This document shows positions 1 through 12,038 of a DNA stretch of 45,933 bases, one piece after another (the first letter of the stretch is position 1; each line of letters opens with the position of its first letter). A program made the position numbers and the translations under genes. This DNA is from Actinomycetota bacterium. GTDB lineage: Bacteria; Actinomycetota; Acidimicrobiia; IMCC26256; VFJJ01. Under the pieces are notes generated by a model. That model saw nothing but the letters and a program-made list of their open reading frames with translations. It was not told the DNA's origin and searched no databases. The stretch spans positions 1-45,933 of the forward strand of contig VFJJ01000035.1 of assembly GCA_009886115.1 (NCBI GenBank), read 5' to 3'.

Positions 1-10
1 CCCAGCCCCA

Positions 11-55
11 TCTGTGTGCAGAAATCGTCGCCAGGCGACGATTTCTGCACACAGA
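11..55. repeat. REP-like perfect palindrome (22-1-22), copy 1
   Basis: TCTGTGTGCAGAAATCGTCGCC-A-GGCGACGATTTCTGCACACAGA; the arms are exact reverse complements; bases 15-55 recur identically at 42856-42896. Confidence 0.9.
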
Positions 56-99
56 ACGGCGGGGGTGGCGGATGCGGGTCCCCGATAGGCTCCCGGGCC

Positions 100-1791
100 A
101 TGGCTGATCTTCCCGACCCCACCATGAAGCCCCGCTCGCACGAGGTCACCGACGGGTTCCGCAGAGCGCCGTCGCGTGCCATGTTGCGGGCCGTCGGCAT
201 GACCGACGCCGACTGGGTCAAGCCCCAGGTCGGCGTGGCCTCGTCGTGGAACGAGGTGACGCCGTGCAACATGCCGCTCGACCGGCTGGCCAAGCGGGCC
301 AAGCAGGGCGTGCGTGACGCCGGCGGGTTCCCGCTCGAGTTCACCACCATCGCCGTGTCCGACGGCATCTCGATGGGCCACGAGGGCATGCGGGGCTCGC
401 TGGTGAGCCGCGAGATCATCGTCGACTCGGTCGAGTGCATGATGCACTCCGAGCGCTTCGACGCCATGGTCACCTTCGCCGGCTGCGACAAGAGCCTGCC
501 GGGCATGCTGATGGCAGCGGCGCGCATCAACCTCCCGAGCGTCTTCCTGTACGGGGGGACGATCCTGCCCGGTCAGTTGAACGGTCGGGCGCTCGACATC
601 GTTTCGGTGTTCGAGGCCGTCGGCGCCTGCGCCACCGGGGCGATCACCGAGGAGGAGCTGGGCCAGATCGAGCGCAACGCCTGCCCGTCGGAAGGCTCGT
701 GCGCCGGCATGTTCACCGCCAACACCATGGCCTCGGTGGCCGAAGCCATGGGCATGTCGCTGCCCGGATCGTCGAGCGCACCGGCCCCCGACCGGCGACG
801 CGACGACTTCGCGTACGAGTCGGGCCGAGCCGTGATCCGCTTGCTGGAGTTGGGGATTCGGCCGCGCGACATCATCACGAAGGAGTCGATCGAGAATGCC
901 ATAGCAGTCACTATGGCAGTGGGCGGGTCCACCAACGCGGTGCTGCACCTCCTGGCCATCGCCTGGGAGGCCCGGATCGAGATCGACCTCGACGACTTCA
1001 ACAAGGTCGGCCGCCGGGTGCCGCACATCGCCGACATGAAGCCCCACGGCCGCTATCACATGACCGACCTCGACCGCATCGGCGGCGTGCCCGTGGTCAT
1101 GAAGCACCTGCTCGATGCCGGCCTGCTCCACGGCGACTGCCTCACCGTCACCGGCAAGACGATCGCCGAGAACCTGGCCGAGATCAACCCCCCGGCGCCC
1201 GACGGCCTCGTCGTGCACCCGCTCAGCGACCCCGTCCACAAGGAGGGCGGCATCGCCGTCCTCACCGGATCGTTGGCGCCCAAGGGTTCGGTGGTCAAGA
1301 CCGCCGGTATCGACTTCGAGCACTTCGAGGGCCGGGCCCGGGTGTTCGACGGCGAAGCGGCGGCGATGGACGAGATCCTCGCCGGCAAGATCCAGCCGGG
1401 CGACTTCGTGGTGATCCGCTACGAAGGCCCCAAGGGCGGACCGGGCATGCGTGAGATGCTGGCGGTCACCGGGGCGATGAAAGGCGCGGGTCGAGGCGCC
1501 GATGCCGGTCTCATCACCGACGGGCGCTTCTCGGGAGGAACGCACGGCTTCTGCATCGGCCACGTCGCACCCGAGGCCGTCGACGGCGGCCCCATCGCCT
1601 TCGTGGCCGACGGCGACCGCATCGTCGTCGACGTCGCGTCACGCCGCATCGACCTGCTCGTCGACCCCGCCGAGCTCGAGCGTCGTCGGGCCAACTGGAA
1701 GATCCCCGAGCCCCGCTACACCTCGGGCTTCCTCGCCAAGTACGCCCGCCTCGCCGCCGGCGCCGAACGCGGAGCCATCACCGAAGCCTGA
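100..1791 (+). CDS. ilvD: Dihydroxy-acid dehydratase
   Basis: Motifs [44 protein letters not shown]. Start placed at ATG 100 (TAGGCT -10 box 8 nt upstream); ORF positions 16-99 are translated palindrome and flank. Confidence 0.97.
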   Translation: MADLPDPTMKPRSHEVTDGFRRAPSRAMLRAVGMTDADWVKPQVGVASSWNEVTPCNMPLDRLAKRAKQGVRDAGGFPLEFTTIAVSDGISMGHEGMRGSLVSREIIVDSVECMMHSERFDAMVTFAGCDKSLPGMLMAAARINLPSVFLYGGTILPGQLNGRALDIVSVFEAVGACATGAITEEELGQIERNACPSEGSCAGMFTANTMASVAEAMGMSLPGSSSAPAPDRRRDDFAYESGRAVIRLLELGIRPRDIITKESIENAIAVTMAVGGSTNAVLHLLAIAWEARIEIDLDDFNKVGRRVPHIADMKPHGRYHMTDLDRIGGVPVVMKHLLDAGLLHGDCLTVTGKTIAENLAEINPPAPDGLVVHPLSDPVHKEGGIAVLTGSLAPKGSVVKTAGIDFEHFEGRARVFDGEAAAMDEILAGKIQPGDFVVIRYEGPKGGPGMREMLAVTGAMKGAGRGADAGLITDGRFSGGTHGFCIGHVAPEAVDGGPIAFVADGDRIVVDVASRRIDLLVDPAELERRRANWKIPEPRYTSGFLAKYARLAAGAERGAITEA

Positions 1792-1890
1792 CCCGGCCCG
1801 TCGGCTGGAAGAGACCCTCCGGGTGCTCCTTCGGGCCGGGAACACGAACGCCGGGTTCCACCGGTGAGGGAGTCGGTATCCTAAAAGCCC

Positions 1891-2463
1891 ATGGTGCGAG
1901 CCGTGGTCGTCGAGGTCCCCGAGACCTGGGTCTGTGAGCGGCGCTCCTGTGGTGCGGACCGTTGGGACGAGATGTGGGAAGCGGAACTCCACATGGTGCC
2001 GCCGCCGCCCGATGGTCACCAGCGCCTCGTCTTTCGTCTCGGCCTCCGACTCGGCCCTCTTGCCGAGGATGCTCACCTGGTGGCCTCGCACGAGACCGGC
2101 GTGTTCTTGGCCGACCGCGACCTGACGAACTACCGGATCCCCGATCTGGTGTTCACGCGTCCCGATCACCGCTTCGACGCCGGGGTGAGCGGTGGAGCCG
2201 AACTGGCCGTCGAGATCCACTCGCCGGGTGACGAGACCTACGCCAAGCTCGGTTTCTACGGTGCTGCCGGGGTGGCCGAGCTGCTCGTCGTCGACACCGA
2301 CACCAGGGCCATCGAGCTCTACGTGAACCGGGGCGGCCAGATGGTCGCCGTGCAGGCCGCCGACGACGGCTCGTTCCGTCTGCAGTCGCTGGGCGTCACC
2401 GTGCGCCGCACCCACACCGGCGAGCTGCACCTGCGCTGGGCCGACGGCGAAGCGACGATCTGA
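1891..2463 (+). CDS. Uma2/DUF820-family PD-(D/E)XK nuclease-like protein
   Basis: E..E.ELHMVPPP...HQ, IPDL, LAVEIHSPGD, K..FY...GV.ELLVVD pattern typical of Uma2. Confidence 0.85.
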   Translation: MVRAVVVEVPETWVCERRSCGADRWDEMWEAELHMVPPPPDGHQRLVFRLGLRLGPLAEDAHLVASHETGVFLADRDLTNYRIPDLVFTRPDHRFDAGVSGGAELAVEIHSPGDETYAKLGFYGAAGVAELLVVDTDTRAIELYVNRGGQMVAVQAADDGSFRLQSLGVTVRRTHTGELHLRWADGEATI

Positions 2464-2484
2464 GCGCGGCCGCGAGGCGGGCTC

Positions 2485-3192
2485 TCAGCCCCCGAGGTGC
2501 TGGCTCAGGAAGGCCAGCGTTCGGCCCCAGGCGAGATCGGCCGCGTGCTGCTGGTACATCGAGGGCGCGTCCCAGTTGCTGAAGGCATGGCCCGCTGCGT
2601 AGCGGTGGAACTCGACCCCGGGACGACCGGCCACGGCGGCCTCGACGGCGGCGATCTGCTCTTCGGGGATGAACGGATCGTCGTTGCCGTAGTGGAACAT
2701 GATCGGACAGGCGATGGCCGTCACGCCGTCGAGCATCTCGTGGATGCCCGAGCCGTAGTACGACACGGCCACGTCGGGATCGGCGTGCACCGCGCACGCG
2801 TAGGTGAGCGTGCCTCCCAGGCAGAACCCGACGGCGCCGACTCGACCTGTGCACTCGGGCATCGACCGGAGGTGACCCAGCGCGGCGGCCACGTCGGCAC
2901 CCGCCGCGACCCGGTCGAACCGCTGCATCATGGCGAAGGCGTCAGCCATGCCCGACTCGTCCTTGCGCTCGAATCGGGGCTCGATGCGCCAGAACATGTC
3001 GGGGACGAGCGCCACGTACCCGGCCTCGGCGAGCCGCTCGGCCAGGCCCCGCATGTTGTCGTTGATGCCGAAGATCTCCTGGAACACGAGCACTCCCGGC
3101 CCCCGCCCCGATGCGGGGACTGCCCGGTAGGCGGCGAAGCTCCCACTGCCGTCCACTGCGGCGACCTGCTCGTAGCCCGTCGTCACTGCCAT
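2485..3192 (-). CDS. Dienelactone hydrolase family protein
   Basis: QEIFG, GY.ALVPD, nucleophile GFCLGG, SYYG, G..DP, AGHAF; GGAGG RBS upstream of GTG/ATG at 3195/3192. Confidence 0.92.
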   Translation of the reverse strand: MAVTTGYEQVAAVDGSGSFAAYRAVPASGRGPGVLVFQEIFGINDNMRGLAERLAEAGYVALVPDMFWRIEPRFERKDESGMADAFAMMQRFDRVAAGADVAAALGHLRSMPECTGRVGAVGFCLGGTLTYACAVHADPDVAVSYYGSGIHEMLDGVTAIACPIMFHYGNDDPFIPEEQIAAVEAAVAGRPGVEFHRYAAGHAFSNWDAPSMYQQHAADLAWGRTLAFLSQHLGG

Positions 3193-3210
3193 CACACGTC
3201 CTCCGGTTCT

Positions 3211-3291
3211 CGGTCTGCTCGGTCTGCCCGGTCTGCCCGGTCTGCTGGTGCTGCTGGTGCTGCTGGTGCTGCTGGTGCTGCTGGTGCTGCT
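3211..3291. repeat. Compound 9-bp tandem repeat (CGGTCTGCY)x4 + (GGTGCTGCT)x5
   Basis: Read directly; lies between the SDR stop and the dienelactone hydrolase RBS. Confidence 0.9.
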
Positions 3292-3319
3292 CGGTCGTGA
3301 GCCACGGCGGCTCGTCGGT

Positions 3320-4114
3320 TCAGACACCCGATCCCGGGATGGGCGCCAGCTGCTCCATGGGTCCGCTGATCCAGCCCCCGTCGATCACGAAGTCGCTGCC
3401 GGTGCAGAAGCTGCTCTCGTCCGACGCCAGGTAGACGGCGAGCAGCGAGACCTCACGGGGCGAGCCGACCCGCCCGAGCGGCACGCGGGCCAAGAGCACC
3501 TTGGGGTCGATGGTCGTGCCGTCGGGCAGGGTCCGGGCTGCTGTCATCGTCGTGTCGATCGCCCCGGGGCAGATCGCGTTGACCCGAATGCCGTCGACCG
3601 CGAGCTCGAGCGCCGCGGTCTTCGTGAGCCCCCGCACGGCGAACTTCGACGAGATGTAGCTGGCGACGTTGGCCATCGCCACCATGCCGTCGATCGAGGC
3701 GATGTTGACGATCGAGCCGCCACCGCGACGGCGCAGGGCTCCGATCGCCGCCTGCATCCCCAGGAACACGCCGAACTGGTTGACCTCGATCACCTTCCGG
3801 TACTCGGCCAGAGGGGTCGTCTCGATGGGCGAGCTCGTGACGATCCCGGCGTTGTTCACCAGGATGTCGAGGCCCCCGAAGCGCTCTTCGGCCAGAGCGA
3901 CCGTCGCCCGCCAGCTCGCCTCGTCGGTGACGTCGAGCGTGGCGGCCACGGCCGCGGAGCCCAACGATTCGGCCAACGACTCGGCTTCGCCGGTGAGGAG
4001 ATCGGCCACGACCACCGACGCGCCCTCCTCGACGAAGACGCGGGCGTGCGACGCGCCCATGCCTCGCGCCGCACCCGAGATCAGTGCCACCTTGGAGCTC
4101 AAGCGTCCGGTCAT
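3320..4114 (-). CDS. Short-chain dehydrogenase/reductase (3-alpha/20-beta-HSD-like)
   Basis: SGAARGMG, NNAG, NIAS, catalytic YISSK, IRVNAICPG, IDGG. Confidence 0.93.
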   Translation of the reverse strand: MTGRLSSKVALISGAARGMGASHARVFVEEGASVVVADLLTGEAESLAESLGSAAVAATLDVTDEASWRATVALAEERFGGLDILVNNAGIVTSSPIETTPLAEYRKVIEVNQFGVFLGMQAAIGALRRRGGGSIVNIASIDGMVAMANVASYISSKFAVRGLTKTAALELAVDGIRVNAICPGAIDTTMTAARTLPDGTTIDPKVLLARVPLGRVGSPREVSLLAVYLASDESSFCTGSDFVIDGGWISGPMEQLAPIPGSGV

Positions 4115-4155
4115 GGACCGGAAACTAGCCCAACCAGCGCGCGACGATCATGGGC

Positions 4156-4638
4156 ATGGCCGGCAAGGGAACCCCCGCGACCCGTGTGTTGGACCAGGCC
4201 GCGGTCGAGCACCGGCTGCACAGCTACGTCCACGATCCCGATGCTGCGTATGGGATCGAGGCGGCCGAGGTGCTCGGGCTCGATCCCGAGCGGGTCTTCA
4301 AGACGCTCTTGGCGATGCTCGACGGCCGACCTGCGGTCGCGGTCGTCCCGGTGAGTCGCCAGCTCGACCTCAAGGCGCTGGCAGCAATCCTCGGCGCCAA
4401 GCGGGCCACGATGGCCGCACCGGGCGACGCCGAACGCCTCACGGGATTCGTGCTCGGCGGGATCTCGCCGCTCGGGCACAAGCGCCTGCTCCCCACGGTG
4501 ATCGACGCGTCGGCCCGCATCCACGACGCGATCTTCGTCAGCGCAGGCCGCCGCGGGCTCGAGGTGGAGCTGGCCCCCGACGACCTGGCCCGTCTCACGG
4601 GAGCGACCTTCGCCGCCATCGCCACGACGGGCGGGTGA
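4156..4638 (+). CDS. ybaK: Cys-tRNA(Pro) deacylase YbaK
   Basis: TPA, VFKTL, TGFVLGGISPLG, SAGRRG.EVEL.P.DL; start could be 4150 or 4156. Confidence 0.92.
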   Translation: MAGKGTPATRVLDQAAVEHRLHSYVHDPDAAYGIEAAEVLGLDPERVFKTLLAMLDGRPAVAVVPVSRQLDLKALAAILGAKRATMAAPGDAERLTGFVLGGISPLGHKRLLPTVIDASARIHDAIFVSAGRRGLEVELAPDDLARLTGATFAAIATTGG

Positions 4639-4644
4639 GCGACG

Positions 4645-5466
4645 ATGCCCGAGATGCTCGAGGTCGAGTCGTACCGTCGGCTCGCGCTGCGGTGCCTTCA
4701 GCGGACGATCGCCGAGGTCGACGCCCCCGACCCCTGGTACCTGAAGGACGGGCTGAGCGCCGCCGCGGTCGTCGACGTCCTCCGAGGCCGGCGGTTCGAT
4801 GCCGCTCGGCGCACGGGCAAGCTGCTCATGCTCGACATCCGCGATGGACCGGTGCTGGGCCTGCATTTCGGCATGACCGGCCGTCTCGTGGTCGACGGTG
4901 ACGTCGGTGCGGTCGACGGGCTGCTGTACGGCCCGTCTCGGATCGCCGCGGCCTGGGTTCGCCTCACGGTGCGCTTCGACGATGGCGGCGCCATGGCCAT
5001 GGTCGACGCTCGCCGTCTCGGCGGCATCACGCTCGATCCCGACGAGACCGCGCTGGGCCCCGACGCTGCGGTGGTGACGAGGAAGCAGTTGACGACGATC
5101 CTCGACCGCAGCCGGGCCCCACTCAAGGCTGTCCTCATGGACCAGCGCCGCTTGGCCGGCCTGGGAAACCTCCTCACCGACGAAGCCCTCTGGCGGGCGG
5201 GCCTCCACCCGGGCCGCCCGGCGAACGACCTCGACGCCGCCGAGATCACCAAGCTGCACAAGGCGATACGCGCCACGTTGAGGATCTGTGGACAGCGAGG
5301 CGGCTCGCACACCGGCGATCTCGTGCCCCATCGTCAGCCGGGAGGTGTGTGCCCGAGGACGGGTGTTCCCTTGGAACGTCTCACGATCGGTGGCCGCACG
5401 ACGTGGTTCTCGCCCGCCCGACAGCATCCGTCTCCGAGACGCGGCGCTAGCGTCGAGCCCCTATGA
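4645..5466 (+). CDS. Fpg/Nei-family DNA glycosylase/AP lyase with a degenerate zinc finger
   Basis: N-terminal MPE..EVE, R.GKLL, HFGMTG, D.RRLG, H2TH AGLGNLLTDEALW; C-terminal finger CPRT...GGRTTWFSPARQ. Confidence 0.9.
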   Translation: MPEMLEVESYRRLALRCLQRTIAEVDAPDPWYLKDGLSAAAVVDVLRGRRFDAARRTGKLLMLDIRDGPVLGLHFGMTGRLVVDGDVGAVDGLLYGPSRIAAAWVRLTVRFDDGGAMAMVDARRLGGITLDPDETALGPDAAVVTRKQLTTILDRSRAPLKAVLMDQRRLAGLGNLLTDEALWRAGLHPGRPANDLDAAEITKLHKAIRATLRICGQRGGSHTGDLVPHRQPGGVCPRTGVPLERLTIGGRTTWFSPARQHPSPRRGASVEPL

Positions 5467-6332
5467 CCACTCCCAGGACCAAGGAACTCGTGTGGTTCAC
5501 GGGGCGCGACGGCAACCGGATCGCCGGCGACCGCGTCGGCGACGTGAACGATCCGATCGTCGTGTTGTTGCACGGTGGCGGCCAGACCCGGCACTCGTGG
5601 CACGGCACGGCCGACCGTCTGGCCGAGCACGGCTGGTGCGCGTACTCGCTCGACCTGCGGGGCCACAGTGACAGCGAGTGGTCGCCCGATGCCGATTACA
5701 GCCTGCCCGCCTTCGCCGGCGACATCGCCGCGGTGATCGACGAGCTCGCCCGACCGGTGATGCTCGTCGGGGCGTCGCTCGGGGGGATGACATCGCTCGC
5801 CCTGGGTGGCGACCTCCGCCCGGAAGTCGTGACTGCGCTGGTGCTCGTCGACATCACCCACCGGGCCGAGCCCGAAGGCGCCCAGCGGATCGGCGAGTTC
5901 ATGCGGGGTGCGCCCAACGGGTTCGCCGACCTCGACGAGGCGGCCGACGCGGTGCACGCCTACAACCCGCACCGGCCCCGCCCGAAGGACCCGTCGGGGC
6001 TCGTGAAGAATCTCCGACGCCACGACGACGGGCGTTGGTACTGGCACTGGGATCCTGCCTTCACCAACCCCGAGCGGCGTCGCAGCGAGGCCGACCTGAT
6101 GGCTCCCGACTACGCCGTCACCTGCGCCCGGGCGCTCCGCCAGCCGACGCTGCTGGTTCGGGGCCGGCTCAGCGACATCGTGAGCGACACGACCGTGTCC
6201 GAGTTCAGGGCACTCGTCCCCCACGCGGAGTACATCGACGTGAGCGACGCCGGGCACATGGTTGCCGGTGACCGCAACGACGTCTTCGCTGCTGCGGTGA
6301 TCGAGTTCCTCGACGGCGTCGCCGCAACCTGA
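5463..6332 (+). CDS. Alpha/beta hydrolase
   Basis: LLHGGGQT, DLRGH.DS, nucleophile GASLGG, G..SD, AGHMVAGD; ATGA overlap with the Fpg/Nei stop. Confidence 0.9.
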   Translation: MTTPRTKELVWFTGRDGNRIAGDRVGDVNDPIVVLLHGGGQTRHSWHGTADRLAEHGWCAYSLDLRGHSDSEWSPDADYSLPAFAGDIAAVIDELARPVMLVGASLGGMTSLALGGDLRPEVVTALVLVDITHRAEPEGAQRIGEFMRGAPNGFADLDEAADAVHAYNPHRPRPKDPSGLVKNLRRHDDGRWYWHWDPAFTNPERRRSEADLMAPDYAVTCARALRQPTLLVRGRLSDIVSDTTVSEFRALVPHAEYIDVSDAGHMVAGDRNDVFAAAVIEFLDGVAAT

Positions 6333-6421
6333 GCGACTCGTGAGCGTTTCCGCCGGCGCCGGACGCCGGCCGCTCGGGCGCGCGACCGGGCGGTGGGTGC
6401 GACGGCCTACCCTTGCCCGCC

Positions 6422-8290
6422 ATGGGAACGTGTCACCAGTGCACGAGCGAGCTGACCGCAGGGGCGCGATTCTGCGCGCAGTGCGGCGCACCCACGCAGT
6501 CGGAGATCCCGACGAGCCCGGGTGTGCCAGCGGTGACGGCAGCGTTCCTCGCCAGCGCCGATCACGGGCCACGCCCCGGCGAAGACCCGCCGACCACGCC
6601 GTACCACTTCGGGAGCCAGACGCCGCAGGGTTGGCCGCCTCCGCAGGCGCCCCCGCCGCCTCCGGCGCCGGCCCTGCTCACACCGCCGCCTCCGGCTCCG
6701 CTGCCCCAGGGCCCCCCGCCGCTGTCGAGCTGGCCCCCGGGCCCGCCTCCGCCGGCGTTCGCAGCCGTTCCCGTTCCCGGGTACCCCGCGGCGCCTCCGT
6801 ACGATCCGGCGCCCGACGAGGCGCCTCCGACCGGTCCGTGGTCCCCGACGGCACAGGGAGCTGCGGGTCTCTGGGCTGTGCCGGTCCCCACGATCCCGTC
6901 GTATCCGTCCGGGCCGTGGGCGCCGCCGCCCGCTGGCGGACCCCTCGGGTACGGTCCTCCGCTCGGCGAGTGGCCCCCGCCCGGGCCGGCCGAGCCCTGG
7001 CCGCTCGGCCCCGAGCAGCGCCTCCAGCAGCCACCGGCCCGGCGCAAGCGGCTGTCACGGTGGATGGTGTTCGTGGCCGCGCCACTCGTTCTCGTCGTGG
7101 GGCTCGCCGCGGTCTGGTACTTCGCCGTTCGCGACGGCGGGGCCGATGCCGAGGCCACGATCGATGGCGAGCTCGTCTGGGCAGCCGATCTCACAGGTGA
7201 CGCCCGTGATCCGATCGAGTCGGTGCTCGCGGTCGAGGGTCTGGTGCTGGCCGCCGTCGACCAGGTCATCGACGGGCGTCCTGCCGAGGTGTACGCGCTC
7301 GACGCCGAGCAGGGGGGCGAGCCGCGCTGGAGGTACGAGGGCGCCGGGTCCGAGATGTACCTCGTCGGCGGAGCGAGCGGGACGGTCGTGGTGCTGAGCG
7401 ATGAGATGCTCATCGGGCTCGATGCCGACACGGGCGTCGAGAGCTGGTCGCAGCCTGCGGCGGGGGCCGCCTTCGCGGTCGTGGAGTCCGATCTGGTGCT
7501 CGCCGTCGACGGCGCGACGTTGCGGGCCCGCGAGGTCGTCTCCGGGGCGGAGGTCTGGAGCCGCGAGTCGCCCACTGACGCGTCGAACGTCTTCCTGGAC
7601 GGGGCGGGTGACGGCCTGGTGGTCGTGTCCGACACCGATGGTGCGGTCTCGGGGCTCGAGCTGGCCTCGGGCGACGAGCGTTGGAACGTCACCTTCCCTG
7701 GTCGATCGGTGCTCGCGGCGCTCGATGACGGCCGGGTCTTCCTCGAGATCGCCGATGGGATCAGCGAGGAGCGAGCCGTCCGCATCGATGCTCAGTCGGG
7801 CGACGAGCTCTGGGACGTCGACCTCCCGGGCCCGGCAGCTTTCGTCGACGCCGACGAGGAGATCGTGGTCTACCAGGTGCTGGGCGAGTCCGGTGAGGCT
7901 CCCCGGTCGATCGCGTTCGACGTCGGCACGGGCTTCGAGCGGTGGAGCGAAACGATTCCCGGGCAGGTCGACGCCGCGGCCGTGGCGATCGTCGGCAGTG
8001 TCGTGGTGGTCGACGCTCCGGGCCGGATCTTCGGGCTCGACGCCGAGACCGGCGAGCGCCTCTGGCGGGAATCCGTCGGTGGCCCGGCGCCGGTCTACCT
8101 GGGCGTCTTCGGCGGCACGGTCTCTGCCGCATCGTCGGTCGAGGGCGAGAGCCGGATCGTGGGCATCGACCCCGAGAACGGTGCCAAGGTCCTCGAGTTC
8201 ACCTCGAGCGCCGAGATCAACGGCATCGACAGCGTCGAGGGTCGTCTGTTCGTGGCCTCGTCCGATGGCGCGGTGTACGCCCTGGGCTGA
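6422..8290 (+). CDS. Membrane protein: N-terminal zinc ribbon, Pro-rich linker, one TM helix, PQQ/BamB-type beta-propeller
   Basis: CHQC...CAQC, long poly-Pro region, hydrophobic [21 protein letters not shown], repeated A/G-LDA..G...W propeller motifs; TACCCT 8 nt before ATG 6422. Confidence 0.8.
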   Translation: MGTCHQCTSELTAGARFCAQCGAPTQSEIPTSPGVPAVTAAFLASADHGPRPGEDPPTTPYHFGSQTPQGWPPPQAPPPPPAPALLTPPPPAPLPQGPPPLSSWPPGPPPPAFAAVPVPGYPAAPPYDPAPDEAPPTGPWSPTAQGAAGLWAVPVPTIPSYPSGPWAPPPAGGPLGYGPPLGEWPPPGPAEPWPLGPEQRLQQPPARRKRLSRWMVFVAAPLVLVVGLAAVWYFAVRDGGADAEATIDGELVWAADLTGDARDPIESVLAVEGLVLAAVDQVIDGRPAEVYALDAEQGGEPRWRYEGAGSEMYLVGGASGTVVVLSDEMLIGLDADTGVESWSQPAAGAAFAVVESDLVLAVDGATLRAREVVSGAEVWSRESPTDASNVFLDGAGDGLVVVSDTDGAVSGLELASGDERWNVTFPGRSVLAALDDGRVFLEIADGISEERAVRIDAQSGDELWDVDLPGPAAFVDADEEIVVYQVLGESGEAPRSIAFDVGTGFERWSETIPGQVDAAAVAIVGSVVVVDAPGRIFGLDAETGERLWRESVGGPAPVYLGVFGGTVSAASSVEGESRIVGIDPENGAKVLEFTSSAEINGIDSVEGRLFVASSDGAVYALG

Positions 8291-8407
8291 GCCCCGACCC
8301 CGGACGCAAGGATCCGGGCACGCCCGGTCCCGCTGGGGTCCGAGCCCTCCGAGCCCGGTCCGTTCCGGATTGCGCGCGTCGGCGCCAGTCATGAACAATG
8401 GCAGACT

Positions 8408-8434
8408 ATGCACATGCTTCTCGTCGTTCCCTAG
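8408..8434 (+). CDS. ilvB operon leader peptide MHMLLVVP
   Basis: ATG CAC ATG CTT CTC GTC GTT CCC TAG; consecutive Leu-Leu-Val-Val codons upstream of a terminator and ilvB. Confidence 0.75.
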   Translation: MHMLLVVP

Positions 8435-8474
8435 GCGCCGAACTGCACCGCCTGGTGCGTTCGTGCGCATCCCC

Positions 8475-8500
8475 GCCCCTCGCCGATGCGAGGGGTTTGT
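8475..8500 (+). terminator. Attenuator terminator hairpin
   Basis: CCCCTCGC-CGAT-GCGAGGGG followed by TTTGT, about 45 nt before the ilvB start. Confidence 0.75.
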
Positions 8501-8543
8501 CGTCTCAGGGGAACACTTCGGAGAACCCACGCGTGGAGGACTG

Positions 8544-10313
8544 ATGAAGCTCACCGGTGCCCAGGCACTCATCAAGAGCCTCGAGATGGAACAGGTCGAG
8601 GTCATGTTCGGCCTTCCGGGCGGGGCGATCCTGCCCGTCTACGACCCGATCCTCGATTCGTCGATCCGTCACGTGCTCGTGCGCCACGAGCAGGGCGCTG
8701 GCCACATGGCCGAGGGCTACGCCCACGCCACCGGCCGCCCCGGCGTGTGCATCGTCACGTCGGGCCCGGGCGCGACCAACATCGTCACGCCGCTGGCCGA
8801 CGCGTACATGGACTCGATCCCCATGGTCGCGATCACCGGCCAGGTCGCCACCCACGCCATCGGTACCGACGCCTTCCAGGAGTGCGACACCACGGGCATC
8901 ACGATGCCCGTCACCAAGCACAACTGGCTCGTGACCGACGTCGACGACATCCCCCGCATCGTCCGCGAGGCATTCCACGTCGCCACGACCGGTCGCCCCG
9001 GGCCCGTCCTCATCGACGTGCCGAAGAACATCAGCAACGCACAGATGGACTGGTACTGGCCCGACGGCGTCGACCTGCCGGGCTACAAGCCCACCGTCAC
9101 CGGCCATCCCCGCATGATCAAGGAAGCGGCGCTGGCCATCATGGCGGCGGAGCGCCCGATCATCTACGCCGGCGGCGGCATCCTCAAGGCGCGCGCCGCC
9201 GAGGCCTTGCGGGAGCTGGCCGAGCTCACCGGCATCCACGTGGTCACGACCCTGATGGCCCGGGGGGCTTTCCCCGACGATCATCCGCTGTGCCTGGGCA
9301 TGCCCGGCATGCACGGCTCGTACACGGCCGTCATGTCGATGCAGCGGTCCGATCTGCTCATCGCCCTGGGATCGCGATTCGACGACCGGGTCACCGGCCA
9401 GGTCTCGAGCTTCGCCCCCGACGCGAAGATCATCCACTGCGACATCGACCCGGCCGAGCTGGGCAAGGTCCGCCGACCCGACGTCCCCATCGTCGGCGAC
9501 TGCCGGCTCGTGATCGAGGCGCTCGTCAAGGCGGTCAAGCACGAGATCGCCAAGCTTCCGGCCGGTTCGCCGGGCCGGGGCGACACGACGGAGTGGGACG
9601 GGCTGCTGAGCGAGTGGCGGGTCAGCTATCCCTTCCGCTACCAGCAAGAGGCCGACGGACCGCTCAAGCCCCAGTTCTGCATCGAGCAACTGCGCGACCG
9701 GTCGCCGTCCGACACGATCGTCGCGGCCGGCGTGGGCCAGCACCAGATGTGGGCGTCGCAGTTCTGGAGGTTCAACCATCCCTACACCTGGATCAACTCC
9801 GGAGGCTTGGGCACCATGGGGTTCGCGGTGCCCGCCGCCATCGGGGCCAAGGTGGGTCGACCCGACAAGATGGTCTGGGCGATCGACGGCGACGGGTGCT
9901 TCCAGATGACCGCCCAGGAGCTCGTGACGGCCTCGGCCGAACGCATCCCCGTGAAGATCGCCATCCTCAACAACGCCTACCTCGGGATGGTGCGCCAGTG
10001 GCAGGAGCTCTTCTACGAGGAGCGCTACAGCGAGGTGTACCTCTCGCCCGACCTCCCCGACTACGTGAAGTGGTCGGAGGCCATGGGGTGCGTGGCCTTC
10101 CGGGTCGACTCGCCCGAGGACGTGGGTCCGACGATCGACAAGGCCAACGAGATCGACGACCGTCCCGTCGTCATCGACTTCCGGGTCGACTACCGCGAGA
10201 AGGTGTATCCCATGGTGCCCGCGGGCGGCTCGAACGACAGCCTGATCCTCGGGCCCTGGGCCGAGATGTCGGCCGACGACCGCAAGGCCGCTGGCGATCC
10301 CAACGCCGTCTGA
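8544..10313 (+). CDS. ilvB: Acetolactate synthase large subunit
   Basis: [49 protein letters not shown], ThDP motif DGDGCFQMT...NN. Confidence 0.97.
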   Translation: MKLTGAQALIKSLEMEQVEVMFGLPGGAILPVYDPILDSSIRHVLVRHEQGAGHMAEGYAHATGRPGVCIVTSGPGATNIVTPLADAYMDSIPMVAITGQVATHAIGTDAFQECDTTGITMPVTKHNWLVTDVDDIPRIVREAFHVATTGRPGPVLIDVPKNISNAQMDWYWPDGVDLPGYKPTVTGHPRMIKEAALAIMAAERPIIYAGGGILKARAAEALRELAELTGIHVVTTLMARGAFPDDHPLCLGMPGMHGSYTAVMSMQRSDLLIALGSRFDDRVTGQVSSFAPDAKIIHCDIDPAELGKVRRPDVPIVGDCRLVIEALVKAVKHEIAKLPAGSPGRGDTTEWDGLLSEWRVSYPFRYQQEADGPLKPQFCIEQLRDRSPSDTIVAAGVGQHQMWASQFWRFNHPYTWINSGGLGTMGFAVPAAIGAKVGRPDKMVWAIDGDGCFQMTAQELVTASAERIPVKIAILNNAYLGMVRQWQELFYEERYSEVYLSPDLPDYVKWSEAMGCVAFRVDSPEDVGPTIDKANEIDDRPVVIDFRVDYREKVYPMVPAGGSNDSLILGPWAEMSADDRKAAGDPNAV

Positions 10314-10339
10314 TACGGCACGAGACAGGACCCGTCCCG

Positions 10340-11981
<1,642 letters not shown>

Positions 11982-12038
11982 GTGTTCGGGGCGGCTGAAT
12001 CTCCCGTGCGGCCGATCCGGGCGAACGACGTCGCACAC

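Larger units (their letters stand above)
8370..8500 (+). promoter_or_regulatory. ilvBNC promoter and ribosome-dependent transcription attenuator
   Basis: TTGCGC (8370)-18 nt-AACAAT (8394); leader ORF; middle hairpin CGAAC.GCACC/GGTGC-GTTCG; terminator hairpin downstream. Confidence 0.7.

Noticed and set aside
16..99. N-terminal extension of IlvD ([13 protein letters not shown]...), with the same peptide in ORFs near 42850
   Set aside because: It is translation through the palindromic repeat, not a shared protein motif.
1891..2463. Uma2 gene as evidence of a mobile element or defence island
   Set aside because: Solo gene; no methylase, toxin partner, integrase or terminal repeats nearby.
3211..3291. 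Possible CRISPR array
   Set aside because: 9-bp tandem units with no spacers and no cas genes.
8291..8543. T-box or riboswitch upstream of ilvB
   Set aside because: No T-box consensus seen; a leader peptide plus terminator explains the region.
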